Notes: generated by a model from the letters alone, not told the origin. 64,000 nt of DNA from Coleofasciculus sp. B1-GNL1-01 (GCA_040220235.1 JAVJTO010000006.1); one strand, 5' to 3'; positions 38,793 to 49,408 are shown, numbered from the stretch's first letter. Program-made: numbers and translations.

Positions 38793-40760
38793 GTGCAAAT
38801 TCCGCGACTGCACCCAGACACCATCGCCCAAGTCAAAGAACGAGTAGACATTGTGGATGTCGTCTCGGAGCAAGTTGTGCTGCGAAAGCGGGGTAAAGAG
38901 TATGTGGGCTTGTGTCCCTTCCATGGCGAAAAGACACCCAGTTTTACCGTCAGTCCCAACAAACAAATGTACTACTGCTTCGGCTGTGGTACGGGTGGAA
39001 CTGCGATTAAATTCCTCATGGAAGCGGGAAAACAGTCCTTCAGTGAGGTGGTTCTCGATTTAGCTCGGCGCTATCAAATCCGAGTGAAAACCCTGGAACC
39101 TGAACAACGTCAGGAATTACAGCGTCAGCTATCCTTACAGGAGCAACTGTATGAGATTTTGGCACTCGCCGCCTCATTTTATCAGCACGCACTCCGACAA
39201 CCCCAAGGACAGCAGGCGCTAGAGTATTTACAATCTCAGCGACATCTGGGTGAGGAAACCCTGCAACAGTTTCAGTTAGGGTATGCGCCGGCGACGTGGG
39301 AAACCCTGTACCGTTATCTGGTGGAACAAAAAGGCAAACCCGTACAACTGGTTAAAGATGCGGGATTAATTTTGCCACGCAAATCAGGAGACGGCTATTA
39401 TGATCGGTTTCGCGATCGCATCATGATTCCGATTCATGATCGTCACGGGCGAGTGATTGGGTTTGGCGGGAGAGCATTGGGGGATGAACTCCCTAAATAT
39501 CTTAATTCTCCCGAAACGCCGCTATTTAATAAAGGGAAAACCTTATTTGCTTTAGACAAAGCCTACAACGCGATCGCGGATCAGGATCAAGCCGTAGTTG
39601 TGGAAGGTTATTTCGATGCGATCGCGTTGCATCGGGTAGGGATTCACAACGTCGTCGCCTCCTTGGGGACAGCCTTAAGTCTGGATCAAATGCGCCTACT
39701 GCTGCGTTACACCGAATCCAACCAAATCATCCTCAACTTTGACGCCGACAAAGCCGGAACCACCGCCGCCGAACGCGCGATCGGAGAAATTGCCGACTTA
39801 GCCTACAAAGGACAAGTCCAACTGCGGATACTTAACCTCCCGGATGGTAAAGACGCCGACGAATTCCTCACCCATACCCCCGATGGGACAGAACAATACC
39901 AACAGCTACTCCAAAACGCGCCCTTATGGTTACATTGGCAGATTGATCAACTGATAATTGGAAAAGATCTCAAGCAAGCCCACCAATTTAAACAAGTTGC
40001 TCAGAAAATCGTCAAATTGCTGTACAAATTAGAGGACGTTAATCAACAAAGTTATTACATCAACTACTGTGCCGAAAAACTGAGTCTAGGAGAAAGCCAA
40101 ATGATTCCTCGACTCGTCCAAGCGTTACAGACGCAACTGAATAAATTACGCATCACTCCAATCAAAAAAGATGACAAGTCTAATCTAAAGCAGCAAAACT
40201 TACCCATTTCGATTGACTTATCCATTAGTCAAGAACACAGTCTACTCGAAGAAGCGGAAGCCTTACTCTTACGAATTTATTTGCATCGTCCCGAATATCG
40301 CCAGACCATTATCGACATTTTAGAGGCAAAGGATTTGTTGTTTAGTCTTGCTCCTCACCGATTTTTGTGGCAGCAAATCTTAGACGTGCAATCTGTCGCG
40401 CAATCTATCCTATTACAGCATCCTGAAAAGCTAATTTCCCTGTTACAAGACCGCAGTATCCAGTTTCCAGAGGAAATGGTTCTGGTGGAACATTTATTCC
40501 ACTTAAATGAGAAGCGTAGTCAAGATCTTACTCGCACTCCCTTAGCCATTCGCACCGCTGCTGCTTGTTTAGAAGTCGTGACGTGGAACAAACACAAGCG
40601 ATATTGTATAGAACAATGGCAAAAGCTAAATTTCGCTACTGACCCAAAACGTAAGGAATACTATTCTCAAGGAATTCGGGAAGCCTATAAACGCTTGCAA
40701 GAGTTACAGAAAATCCGTCAAACTAATATCTTAGACATCCATCAATTTGCCCCCATATAG
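38793..40760 (+). CDS. dnaG: DNA primase
   Basis: Zn finger CPFH...CFGC, YDRFRDRIMIP, KYLNSPET, VVEGYFD, TOPRIM FDAD.AG, KDADE. Confidence 0.98.
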   Translation: MQIPRLHPDTIAQVKERVDIVDVVSEQVVLRKRGKEYVGLCPFHGEKTPSFTVSPNKQMYYCFGCGTGGTAIKFLMEAGKQSFSEVVLDLARRYQIRVKTLEPEQRQELQRQLSLQEQLYEILALAASFYQHALRQPQGQQALEYLQSQRHLGEETLQQFQLGYAPATWETLYRYLVEQKGKPVQLVKDAGLILPRKSGDGYYDRFRDRIMIPIHDRHGRVIGFGGRALGDELPKYLNSPETPLFNKGKTLFALDKAYNAIADQDQAVVVEGYFDAIALHRVGIHNVVASLGTALSLDQMRLLLRYTESNQIILNFDADKAGTTAAERAIGEIADLAYKGQVQLRILNLPDGKDADEFLTHTPDGTEQYQQLLQNAPLWLHWQIDQLIIGKDLKQAHQFKQVAQKIVKLLYKLEDVNQQSYYINYCAEKLSLGESQMIPRLVQALQTQLNKLRITPIKKDDKSNLKQQNLPISIDLSISQEHSLLEEAEALLLRIYLHRPEYRQTIIDILEAKDLLFSLAPHRFLWQQILDVQSVAQSILLQHPEKLISLLQDRSIQFPEEMVLVEHLFHLNEKRSQDLTRTPLAIRTAAACLEVVTWNKHKRYCIEQWQKLNFATDPKRKEYYSQGIREAYKRLQELQKIRQTNILDIHQFAPI

Positions 40761-40794
40761 TTAGGGCTTGCTGAATAAGTTGTGGTTGTGGGTG

Positions 40795-40862
40795 GAGCTG
40801 GGGGAGCAGGGGAAGCTGGGGAAGCTGGGGAAGCTGGGGAAGCTGGGGGAGCTGGGGGAGCA
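40795..40862. repeat. Nonamer tandem repeat (GGGGAAGCT-like)
   Basis: Directly visible downstream of dnaG. Confidence 0.85.
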
Positions 40863-40961
40863 ATGGTACATTTTTTCTGATTCCAATCGCCACAAACACC
40901 GAATTGGATGAATTAACCTTACCCCCAGAATCCGTAGGGGCGCAAAGCTTTGCGCCCAATT

Positions 40962-41228
40962 TATAGTGCTACGCGCCAGGCAATAGGCAATAGGCAATAG
41001 GCAATAAGCTGTTCGGCATTTAAACCTTAATGTCAATAATGGCGAAATCCTTGCCGTAGTGCGAGCATCTTGCTCGCTACATTGAGCATCTTGCTCGCTA
41101 CCCATTCCCAATTTAAATGCATAACAGCTTAGGCAATAGGCAATAGTAAATAAAAACGCTTACCTGACAAGGGATTGAGCGATTTTAATTTTTCTTGATA
41201 TGTCCTAACTAGAGTGCGTAGTGCTATA
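40962..41228. mobile_element. Putative TATAG-ended MITE containing a (CAATAGG)n tract and a nested AGCTG MITE
   Basis: Left end TATAGTGCTACGCGC; right end GTGCGTAGTGCTATA (imperfect inverted repeat). A related left end TATAGCGCTACGCGC followed by CAATAGG repeats is at 43602. Confidence 0.6.
41007..41129. mobile_element. 123-bp AGCTG MITE, opposite orientation to 33982-34105, with TA target duplication
   Basis: caa-TA|AGCTGTTCGGCATTTAAA...TTTAAATGCATAACAGCT|TA-ggcaa, splitting one CAATAGG unit. Confidence 0.88.
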
Positions 41229-41251
41229 ATGCTAAGCTCTAGTCTTAACAG

Positions 41252-41749
41252 TTAAAAACAGAACAAAGTATCGCGAGTTTGCCGACCTGTGGTAGGGTTT
41301 TTGCCGATAGCAATTTGACACAATTGTTCTTCGGCTTTGGGATCAAGAAAAGCATCGGTAAAATCAGCCCCTTCAATTATCGCGCCATCAAACTGAGCAT
41401 TGAAAGCGTAGGCACTTTCAAGCACAGCATTCTTCAAATTAGCACCATTCAAACGCGCTTTGTCTAACGTTGAGTAACTGAGATTTGCCCCTTCCAAATT
41501 CGCCAATTTCAGATTTGCCCCAAAAAAACTAACTCCCTGCAAATCCGCATGGCTAAAATTACTTTCCCGCAAATCCGCCTGGTTAAAACTGGCATCAGTC
41601 AGCACGCGATCGGAAAAATCTGAATTAACCAAATATTCTTTGTTATAATCCACAGCCAAAGCCGGGGCAGCGTGAAGCATCGCTAGGGTAAAAGGACTAC
41701 CGATAAAAATTAAGAAGCTAGCTATCCCAACTAAAATGAATCTGAACAT
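41252..41749 (-). CDS. Pentapeptide repeat protein, probably exported or lumenal
   Basis: A(D/N)LxxA repeats, signal-like N-terminus, LC..A.G.NPTTGRQTRDTLFC tail. Confidence 0.92.
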   Translation of the reverse strand: MFRFILVGIASFLIFIGSPFTLAMLHAAPALAVDYNKEYLVNSDFSDRVLTDASFNQADLRESNFSHADLQGVSFFGANLKLANLEGANLSYSTLDKARLNGANLKNAVLESAYAFNAQFDGAIIEGADFTDAFLDPKAEEQLCQIAIGKNPTTGRQTRDTLFCF

Positions 41750-41993
41750 AATTTGTAAAATCTGTAGATGTTTCTGACCAATTATATAAGGAGTCGTACT
41801 TTCATTAAAGTTAACGATTGAGATTAGGCAACAGGCAACAGTAAGGGTTTGAGGGTTGTTAACATTTCTTAGTAAAGGGTACAGAATTTATGTCCTGGCA
41901 CTTAATCATCCTACCATTGACAGTTTCTCGATGAGTGAGTATGACAAATGACAAATGACGTAGCTTGCTTCTCGATAAAAGCGAGTATGACAA

Positions 41994-42527
41994 ATGACAA
42001 ATGCAAAAGGACAACTAGGAGAACAACTCGTTGCCACCTGGTTACAAGCCCAAGGTTGGACTATTTTACATCACCGATGGCACTGTCGCTGGGGAGAAAT
42101 CGACCTGATTGCCTATCGGGATGGAGAAGTCAAGGAAAATCCTGTCTCCAATCTGGATATAAACTTCCAATTTCATCCCTCTACCCCCTTGCCAGCAAAC
42201 GCGGAGTCACCTATCTTAGCCTTTGTCGAGGTGAAAACTCGCAGTCGAGGGAATTGGGATGCTGATGGTCAATTGGCGATTACATCCTCTAAGCAAGCCA
42301 AAATTTGGCGAACAGCCGAACTATTTTTAGCAGAAAATCCCGATTTAAGTGATCTTCCTTGTCGGTTTGATGTTGCCCTTGTTCGCTATCACCGTATCTG
42401 TAAAAACCCACGCCCTGTTAATACTAGGAATGTTTTGCCGACTTCAGCCCCTCAATTTGGTGAACCGTTTATTCTTGGAGGATATGAGCTTATCCTACAA
42501 AACTATATCGAATCCGCTTTCTGTTGA
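41994..42527 (+). CDS. YraN family (UPF0102) endonuclease-like protein
   Basis: GQLGE, GEIDLIA, FVEVKTRS, CRFDVA. Confidence 0.9.
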   Translation: MTNAKGQLGEQLVATWLQAQGWTILHHRWHCRWGEIDLIAYRDGEVKENPVSNLDINFQFHPSTPLPANAESPILAFVEVKTRSRGNWDADGQLAITSSKQAKIWRTAELFLAENPDLSDLPCRFDVALVRYHRICKNPRPVNTRNVLPTSAPQFGEPFILGGYELILQNYIESAFC

Positions 42528-42699
42528 CGAAGGGCAGGTTTTGTTGTAGCGAAGTTCGAGTTCCCTCCCCTTGTCAAGGGGAGGGTTAGGGAGGGGTCAA
42601 ATCAAGCGATTGAAGATGTTTGAGCTTAAATTGACCTGGTAATTAAGGAAGAGGTAATTGGTGATTAGGAAGTAGGAAATTCTCCCCCATCCCAATGCA

Positions 42700-43488
42700 T
42701 CACGCCGATTTCATCGTTGTCATCGGTTCGGGTAAGGTTAGAATCTCTACCCCATCTGACGTAACTGCTATAGTATGCTCAAACTGAGCCGAAAGCTTAC
42801 GATCCTTTGTCAGCGCTGTCCACTTATCCGCCATAATTTCCACTTCCCACGTTCCTTCATTAATCATGGGTTCAATGGTGAACACCATCCCGGAACGCAG
42901 ACGCTTTCCTTTACCGCGAGTACCATAGTGAGGCACCTGGGGAGCCGTATGAAAGATTCGATTAACGCCGTGTCCGACAAAATCCCGCACCACAGAAAAA
43001 CCATTAGCTTCGGCGTATTCCTGAATAGCCGCCCCAATATCACCAATGCGGTTTCCCGGTTTCACGGCGGCGATTCCCCGCATCATACAGTCGTAGGTGA
43101 CTTCAACCAGTTTTTTGGCGGTGGGTGAAGGTGTACCGACAAAAAAGGTTCGGGACGTATCCCCGTGAAATCCATCCACAATCGGGGTTACATCAATATT
43201 GATAATGTCCCCATCCTTGAGAATTTGTTTAGCATTGGGGATACCGTGACAGACGACTTCATTAATACTGGTACAAATTGACTTAGGAAAGTCATGATAA
43301 CCGAGGGGAGCGCTTTTGGCTCCATGTTCCTGAGTCCAGCGCTCGGCTTCATCATTGAGTTCCAAGGTACTGACTCCTGGCTGAATCATGGGTTCAAGGT
43401 GATCCAGGAGCTTGGCGGCTAAACGTCCAGCTTGACGCATTTTCTCAATTTCTCGGCTCGATAGGAGAACGATTCTTTCTGGTGCCAT
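42700..43488 (-). CDS. map: Type I methionine aminopeptidase
   Basis: CTSINEVVCHGIP, NIDVT, GDTSRT, GHGV, FTIEPMIN, SAQFEHT. Confidence 0.97.
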   Translation of the reverse strand: MAPERIVLLSSREIEKMRQAGRLAAKLLDHLEPMIQPGVSTLELNDEAERWTQEHGAKSAPLGYHDFPKSICTSINEVVCHGIPNAKQILKDGDIINIDVTPIVDGFHGDTSRTFFVGTPSPTAKKLVEVTYDCMMRGIAAVKPGNRIGDIGAAIQEYAEANGFSVVRDFVGHGVNRIFHTAPQVPHYGTRGKGKRLRSGMVFTIEPMINEGTWEVEIMADKWTALTKDRKLSAQFEHTIAVTSDGVEILTLPEPMTTMKSA

Positions 43489-43601
43489 GACTATTTATGC
43501 GGTTATTTCCCTAATCAACGAGGGTGTATCTATGTGAGTCTTTCTTCACTTTACTGCGAACTCTTGCCTCTTCCCCACTGCTGTTGAATTTCGTTATTGG
43601 T

Positions 43602-43860
43602 TATAGCGCTACGCGCTCGGCAATAGGCAATAGGCAACACCTCAACCCTTCGACAGGCTCAGGGCATCGCTTACCTCGATGGTCAGTGAGCCTGGTCGAA
43701 CTGCGCTCGGTAACACGCTCGGTGTGGAATATGCAATAGGTTAATGGGTTATAGAAATTTTGTCTCCCCTGCTCCCCCTGCTCCCAGACGTAGCATGCTA
43801 CGTCTCTACATTGCTCCCCTGCTTCCAGACGCGCCATGGCACGTCTCTACATTGCTCCCC
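43602..43860. repeat. Mosaic of short dispersed repeats
   Basis: TATAGCGCTACGC end, CAATAGG units, nonamers, and two AGACG...CGTCTCTAC palindromes (43786-43809, 43827-43850). Confidence 0.7.
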
Positions 43861-44440
43861 TTCTGCCTTCTTCATCAACTCTTTACATGAGAATTCAGAA
43901 ATTTCCCAATTCTTTAGTGAAGTGTGGCTTAAAATAATAAATAGGTCGTTATACTCATTCAAATCAATCAAAATGACAATCTGGGTAAATGTCGGAGAAC
44001 GCTCAAACTAAGCCAAATTAGCTTTATGAAAAAGTTAATTTTATTCTCAATACTACTATCAGTGAGTTCTCGTAATTTCCCATTAATCCTAATATAAAGT
44101 TACAGTGTTTTTGAAGTCATTTTATCTGGTAGGGTGGGGGAATGCTCGGCTAAGACACATTTAAATTAACTATTGCCTGTTCTTTGTATCCCTTTACTAA
44201 AATCTGGGTAGGTCGTTTAAATCCACAGCCGCTCAGTAACATCAACAGTCTCTTACTATATCTGTTGAATAAAGATTAAATGCCAATCAATTTCTAAAGT
44301 GTAATTTGTCGCTTTGGAGGCAAAATCGAGTAGGTTCAAGGTCTGCTCTGGTTAACAACGTCGCAATTTCAACAAAATATTATTCCTTAACTATCTACCA
44401 CTAATCATCAGAGATAATAGCCCGGTTTTTTTGAGGTGCC

Positions 44441-44944
44441 ATGACAGAGCTAGCCCTAATCCGCAAACCCATTATTCAACCCACTGAAATCCTGAGTCAG
44501 TTACAGACAGGACAACTCCTCAGGGTGAATAGTACTCGTGGTAATGCATTAATCATAATGCACCGTCATCATGCAGAACTAGCGGGTTCTGGTGCTGCCG
44601 TTGGTGGGCTTTTTGATGCGGATTGTACGCGAGTTGTTCCCATTGGTTCGCTTTCGTTAGTCTATCCTGAATCACGGTACGAACGCCAGAAAGCGTATCA
44701 ATTACGGCAGCGCTGGATCTTGTTTACCCAACATGCCATGACCACTTATGTGCCACTACACCGTGCCAGAATCTTATTACGTTTACTCTATCAATATTTC
44801 GACGCCCAGCTTATTGATGAACTCTCTGATGACGTGATTGCTCAGTTAGTTGGAGTTTTGCCAAAAACAATTAGTATAGTTCGTCGATCGCGAATGTCAC
44901 CGACTCACCAGAAACCCCAGACGAGGAAATCCGTAGGGGTTTGA
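44441..44944 (+). CDS. Hypothetical protein with a possible C-terminal Crp-like HTH
   Basis: GAGG RBS. C-terminal LSDDVIAQLVGVLPKTISIVR is HTH-like. Confidence 0.65.
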   Translation: MTELALIRKPIIQPTEILSQLQTGQLLRVNSTRGNALIIMHRHHAELAGSGAAVGGLFDADCTRVVPIGSLSLVYPESRYERQKAYQLRQRWILFTQHAMTTYVPLHRARILLRLLYQYFDAQLIDELSDDVIAQLVGVLPKTISIVRRSRMSPTHQKPQTRKSVGV

Positions 44945-45079
44945 CTCAATGAACAGTCATTAGGTTACTAGGGGCGATAATCAACTTGCCGCCCTTAGTG
45001 CTTCTTAGGGTAAAAGGTTCTCTAAATCCCATAAAACTGGTATAGTTTAAAATAATCTTTTAAAATCTGTCCGTTAATT

Positions 45080-46462
45080 ATGAAATCCGTTAACGAGTTA
45101 AAAACTCCTGGTTTCTGGCAAAAGCTACGATGGGTTTTTGATCCGGTAGGTTATCTGGAGAGTGCTGCCCAGCGTCATCCTGACCTGTTCACGGCTCGGA
45201 TTAGCTCGGAAGCCTCCTTTATTTTTGTCTACCATCCCCAAGCCTTACAGCAAATTTTAATCAATGATAGAAAGAAGTTAACGGCTCCCGGTCATTTGAA
45301 TACATTAATACAACCTTTAGTCGGTCAATACTCTCTACTTCTGTTAGACGGGGAAAGCCACAAACGAGAGCGAAAACTTTTGATGCCTTCATTTCATGGC
45401 GATCGCATGCATGTTTATGGAACGTTAATTGATCAACTCACAGAGCAAGTGATCAATCAACTTCCCCTGAATCAACCCTTTAAAGCCCTTGATGTTACCC
45501 AAATGATCACCATAAAGGTAATTATACAAGTGGTATTTGGACTCTATGACGGAGAACGCTGTGAACAGATTATCCAAAAATCTCGGAGTTTACTCAATTT
45601 CCTGAATTCTCCCTTAACTGCCAGTTTGCTATTTTTTTCATCCCTGCAAAAAGATTGGGGGGTATGGAGTCCTTGGGGATACTTTTTATACTTGCGAAAG
45701 CAACTGGATGATTTGCTTTATGCTGAAATTAGCGAACGTCGTCAAAACCCTGATCCAAATCGAACGGATATCCTTTCCCTACTCATATCGGTTCGAGATG
45801 AAGCGGGTCAAGGCATGACGGATCAAGAGTTGCGCGATGAATTGCTGACATTTTTGTTAGCGGGTCATGATACAACAGCACTGGCAATGGCTTGGGGATT
45901 GTATTGGATTCATCGTTACCCTGAAGTTCGAGAAAAACTAATTCAGGAGTTGAATAGCTTAGGCGATACACCTGATCCTCTAAGGATTTTCCGACTCCCT
46001 TATTTGACGGCTGTGTGTAATGAAACGCTACGGATTCATTCCATTGCGATGTTAAGTTTTCCCAGGGTAGTACAAGAACCGATTGAGTTATTCGGACATC
46101 AGTTAGATACAGGGACAATACTTATGGGTTGTTTTTATCTTACCCATCAGCGTGAGGATCTCTATCCCCAACCGAAAACCTTTAAGCCAGAACGATTTCT
46201 AGAACGCCAGTTTTCTTCCTCTGAATTTATCCCCTTTGGTAGTGGAACCCGTCGTTGTATGGGTGAGGCGTTAGCCCAGTTTGAACTCAAGTTAGCGTTA
46301 GCCAAAATTGTGTCATCCTACGAATTGGAATTAGCGGAAAATCGACCCGTAAAACCCCAACGTCGAGGTGTTGTATTGGCACCTAAAGGGGGTGTAAAAA
46401 TGATCCTCAAGGGTAAACGTGCTTCTCAAAATGAGAAGAACGCTTCCTTGAGTTTTGCATAA
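45080..46462 (+). CDS. Cytochrome P450 (CYP110-like)
   Basis: AGHDTT, ETLR, FKPERF, heme ligand PFGSGTRRCMG. Confidence 0.95.
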   Translation: MKSVNELKTPGFWQKLRWVFDPVGYLESAAQRHPDLFTARISSEASFIFVYHPQALQQILINDRKKLTAPGHLNTLIQPLVGQYSLLLLDGESHKRERKLLMPSFHGDRMHVYGTLIDQLTEQVINQLPLNQPFKALDVTQMITIKVIIQVVFGLYDGERCEQIIQKSRSLLNFLNSPLTASLLFFSSLQKDWGVWSPWGYFLYLRKQLDDLLYAEISERRQNPDPNRTDILSLLISVRDEAGQGMTDQELRDELLTFLLAGHDTTALAMAWGLYWIHRYPEVREKLIQELNSLGDTPDPLRIFRLPYLTAVCNETLRIHSIAMLSFPRVVQEPIELFGHQLDTGTILMGCFYLTHQREDLYPQPKTFKPERFLERQFSSSEFIPFGSGTRRCMGEALAQFELKLALAKIVSSYELELAENRPVKPQRRGVVLAPKGGVKMILKGKRASQNEKNASLSFA

Positions 46463-46546
46463 ATGCCACTGAATTAAGGCTAATGGGTAGTGCCTACCCT
46501 AGGATATATAGCAGATTTCAGGTTGATGAGGTACAGTCTCTAAGCA

Positions 46547-46579
46547 AGATCCCCGACTTCTTCAAGAAGTCGGGGATCT
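46547..46579. repeat. 33-bp perfect palindrome between convergent genes (dispersed repeat, possible terminator)
   Basis: AGATCCCCGACTTCTT-C-AAGAAGTCGGGGATCT. A second copy is at 51848-51880. Confidence 0.85.
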
Positions 46580-46587
46580 GTCTATGC

Positions 46588-48429
46588 TTATTTGAGTTGA
46601 TAAAGGGCAATGGGTTGTTCACTGTCCTCAAATTGCCACTGTCCCATCGGTTGCGGTGGCTGGGGCAAATGGTTCGCGATCGCCTCATAAACGCTATGAG
46701 ATATACAAATCCCGCCAGGAGGGGCTTCTGCGGTAAGATGATGGGCAATGTTGACGCCGGGTCCACTCACACCCGTGTAACAAAAAATAACATCTTCCCA
46801 ATGGATACCAATCCGATAACAGAGTCCCGGCGTTAAGTCCCGTTGAACGGCGGATTGAAGCGTTAATTGAATCTCTTGGGCAAAGTTAATCGCCTGGAGG
46901 CAACTGGGAAATACAATTAACATTCCTTGGTCAATGGATTTGATAATTTTTCCGTCAAATTCTTGAGCAAGCTGGACAAACAATTGTAGGTCTTTGTAGA
47001 GTTGATTAAACGTCGGTTCTGGATGAGCCAGTAGGTTAGCAGTTAAGTTGACCCCCTCAATCACCACCATGCTAGCTTGGCGGGTTTCGGGGGGAAATTT
47101 TAAGCCGAGGGGTTTGAGGCGATCGCGAAAATAGTGGTGATATAATTGGCAACGCAGTTTAACCTTGCCCTGAGCCACCTGTACCAGTCCTAGATTTTGC
47201 AAGCGACGGGTAAGAATTGGCTCAAACTCTACAGGCGTTGATGAATTGGCAAGTTGAATCAAGGCATTCATGAGTGCTGAATCCTGGTGGAGATGTTCTA
47301 AGCACTGGTGCAAATGCTCTCGATAAATGTCAGCTTCTGCGGTAACAGTTGCCAAAAATTGGTCAATCGGAATTTTTTCGGTTTTAATCGCATTTAACGT
47401 TAGCTGGAGCAGATACGGATGACCCCCTATCAACTGATACAATTGCGTAACCTGTTGCGGTTGCCAACTGAATCCATGGCGAATCACTAACTCTTGGACG
47501 TGTTCCCTAGTAAACTCGGGTAACTGGAGCGATAATTCTGCTGTAAATTCCATAGACTTACCTCCAGACATGGCGTAAACGTCAGTCGAATTTACAATCA
47601 CGAGGCGCAATTTTTGCCAAAGTTGACTACATCTATCCCCATAACTGGCTTTTTCGCCCCAGGTTTGCAGCAAACTAAAAAAATCTCTAGCAATTTCTGG
47701 ATAGTTAAATAGTATATCAGCATCGTCTAATGCCAAAACTAAAGGATTATCAAGTTGCGGTAAGAGATAGGTTTCAAAATAATAGGTGGTATTAGCATTT
47801 CCGCCATAGATATCATCCCAATAGGTTGGCACTTGATGCGGTAAACCCAAGCCTCGTGTCACCACCGCACAGAACCATTGCAGGAATCGCTGTAAGTCAC
47901 GAACTATGGCAAATTCTGCCAGTTGCAGGTTTAAGGGGATGGTATGAAAGCCTTCCTCCCTAGCCTGCTGCAAGATTCGCGTCATCAGAGAGGTTTTTCC
48001 CATTTGCTTAGGCGCAACAATTTGGATGGAACTTCCCGGTTTGATCAGAGTTTCGTGACAAAGGGATTCAAGGGGTAAACGTTCAATATAAAAAGGAGAA
48101 TCAAGAGGAACTGGACTTTTGAGCGGAACTTGATCATAATGAGATGAGTTGGTATCTGCTTTGGTATAGTCGTTAAGATTAAGTGTCAGATCAAAGGCGC
48201 TGAAATAGGACATCAAGGTTTTGCGATCGACAGGTATCGTCCGCCGTCGTACTTTGATCAGGGTGTTTGGGCTTAAATGAGTACGTTCGCTTAATTGTTC
48301 TAGGGTGTAGGGTTTTCCCCGATTATCTTGAAACGCTAATTTGCGCTGCGCCGCTTTTAGGCGTTGCCAACCTTGAACGGAAAGAATAACTCCCCGTTGA
48401 CGTTTGGAAGGCTGATGTTTTGGTGACAT
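46588..48429 (-). CDS. N-terminal HTH + AAA_35-type ATPase + degenerate class III nucleotide cyclase domain
   Basis: RQRGVILS.QGWQRL...TLEQLSERTHLSPNTL; SPFYIER, APKQMGKTS, LVLALDDAD, GGHPYL; C-terminal YRIGIH.EDV...G.GVNIA....APPGGICIS. Confidence 0.85.
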   Translation of the reverse strand: MSPKHQPSKRQRGVILSVQGWQRLKAAQRKLAFQDNRGKPYTLEQLSERTHLSPNTLIKVRRRTIPVDRKTLMSYFSAFDLTLNLNDYTKADTNSSHYDQVPLKSPVPLDSPFYIERLPLESLCHETLIKPGSSIQIVAPKQMGKTSLMTRILQQAREEGFHTIPLNLQLAEFAIVRDLQRFLQWFCAVVTRGLGLPHQVPTYWDDIYGGNANTTYYFETYLLPQLDNPLVLALDDADILFNYPEIARDFFSLLQTWGEKASYGDRCSQLWQKLRLVIVNSTDVYAMSGGKSMEFTAELSLQLPEFTREHVQELVIRHGFSWQPQQVTQLYQLIGGHPYLLQLTLNAIKTEKIPIDQFLATVTAEADIYREHLHQCLEHLHQDSALMNALIQLANSSTPVEFEPILTRRLQNLGLVQVAQGKVKLRCQLYHHYFRDRLKPLGLKFPPETRQASMVVIEGVNLTANLLAHPEPTFNQLYKDLQLFVQLAQEFDGKIIKSIDQGMLIVFPSCLQAINFAQEIQLTLQSAVQRDLTPGLCYRIGIHWEDVIFCYTGVSGPGVNIAHHLTAEAPPGGICISHSVYEAIANHLPQPPQPMGQWQFEDSEQPIALYQLK

Positions 48430-48656
48430 TCAGGTTAAGAGTCGCTTAAGTGTCAGAATGGGTTCAAACCGTTCATTTTAAGCGAAAACTGTGAAAAAAC
48501 GGTGAATGCCTTGCCTGAACCCGCCGACTTTTCCATCCGCATTACCCCGTCGGTGGTTAAGTTGTGAACTTAACTTGTGATCTTGCGTTGTATTATTTGA
48601 GAACTAACGGCAAACTGCAATAACAAGTTGATAGGGCAAGTGTCTTAGTAATTACA

Positions 48657-49370
48657 ATGATGGGTATTATCGGTACTTTAAGCGACGTATCATTACCAGA
48701 GATTTTTCAGTTACTTGAAAAGGGCAAAAGGACGGGCTTGTTGACTGTTCGGGCGTTTCCTCCAGCTACTGGAACCTACTACTTATGGGTTAAACAGGGT
48801 CACATTATCGCGGCGGCGAATCGGCGAGATGGACAAGGTTTAATCTCATTGATTAGCAAATGTAAATTGGTTAGCGATCGCGTGTTAACTAAACTGGTTC
48901 AATGGTGTTGTCCCGTTAATCAGCCATTAGGCGTTTGTTTAAAACAACAAGGGGTTTTAACGCGCTTAAACTTAGAACAGCTATTTCAAATTCAACTGTT
49001 GCAGCAATTGTCTGTGCTGTTTCAACTAGAAGATGGTCAATTTCGATTTAATTCTGTGGCTGTAATTCCCACCCCAGAAATGACCGGGTTAAGTATTCCG
49101 GCGACAGAAGCAACCTTAATGGGATTGCGGGTTTTAGCCAATTGGGATAATTTGGCGGCTAAATTACCTGATCCGAATCAGAATTTACTCAGTACAATCG
49201 CCGATTATCCTTCCTATCAGCTAGATACATTAGAATGGCAAATTTGGCAGTATAGTAAAGGGGCGGAATCGCTTCATACCATTGCCCAACATCTCAAATT
49301 TCCTGTAGAACAGGTTCAACATATTGCCTTTAGGTTAATTAGTATAGGGTTAGCTGAAGCCATCCCTTAA
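48657..49370 (+). CDS. DUF4388 (PatA N-terminal-like) domain protein
   Basis: GTLSDVSLPEIFQLLEKGKRTGLLTV N-terminus, G.FRF, C-terminal winged-helix-like segment. Confidence 0.85.
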   Translation: MMGIIGTLSDVSLPEIFQLLEKGKRTGLLTVRAFPPATGTYYLWVKQGHIIAAANRRDGQGLISLISKCKLVSDRVLTKLVQWCCPVNQPLGVCLKQQGVLTRLNLEQLFQIQLLQQLSVLFQLEDGQFRFNSVAVIPTPEMTGLSIPATEATLMGLRVLANWDNLAAKLPDPNQNLLSTIADYPSYQLDTLEWQIWQYSKGAESLHTIAQHLKFPVEQVQHIAFRLISIGLAEAIP

Positions 49371-49408
49371 ACTTCGTTTGTCATTGGTCATTGGTCATTG
49401 GTCATTGG

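Noticed and set aside
40723..41111. ORFs downstream of dnaG
   Set aside because: Composed of nonamer, heptamer and MITE sequence.
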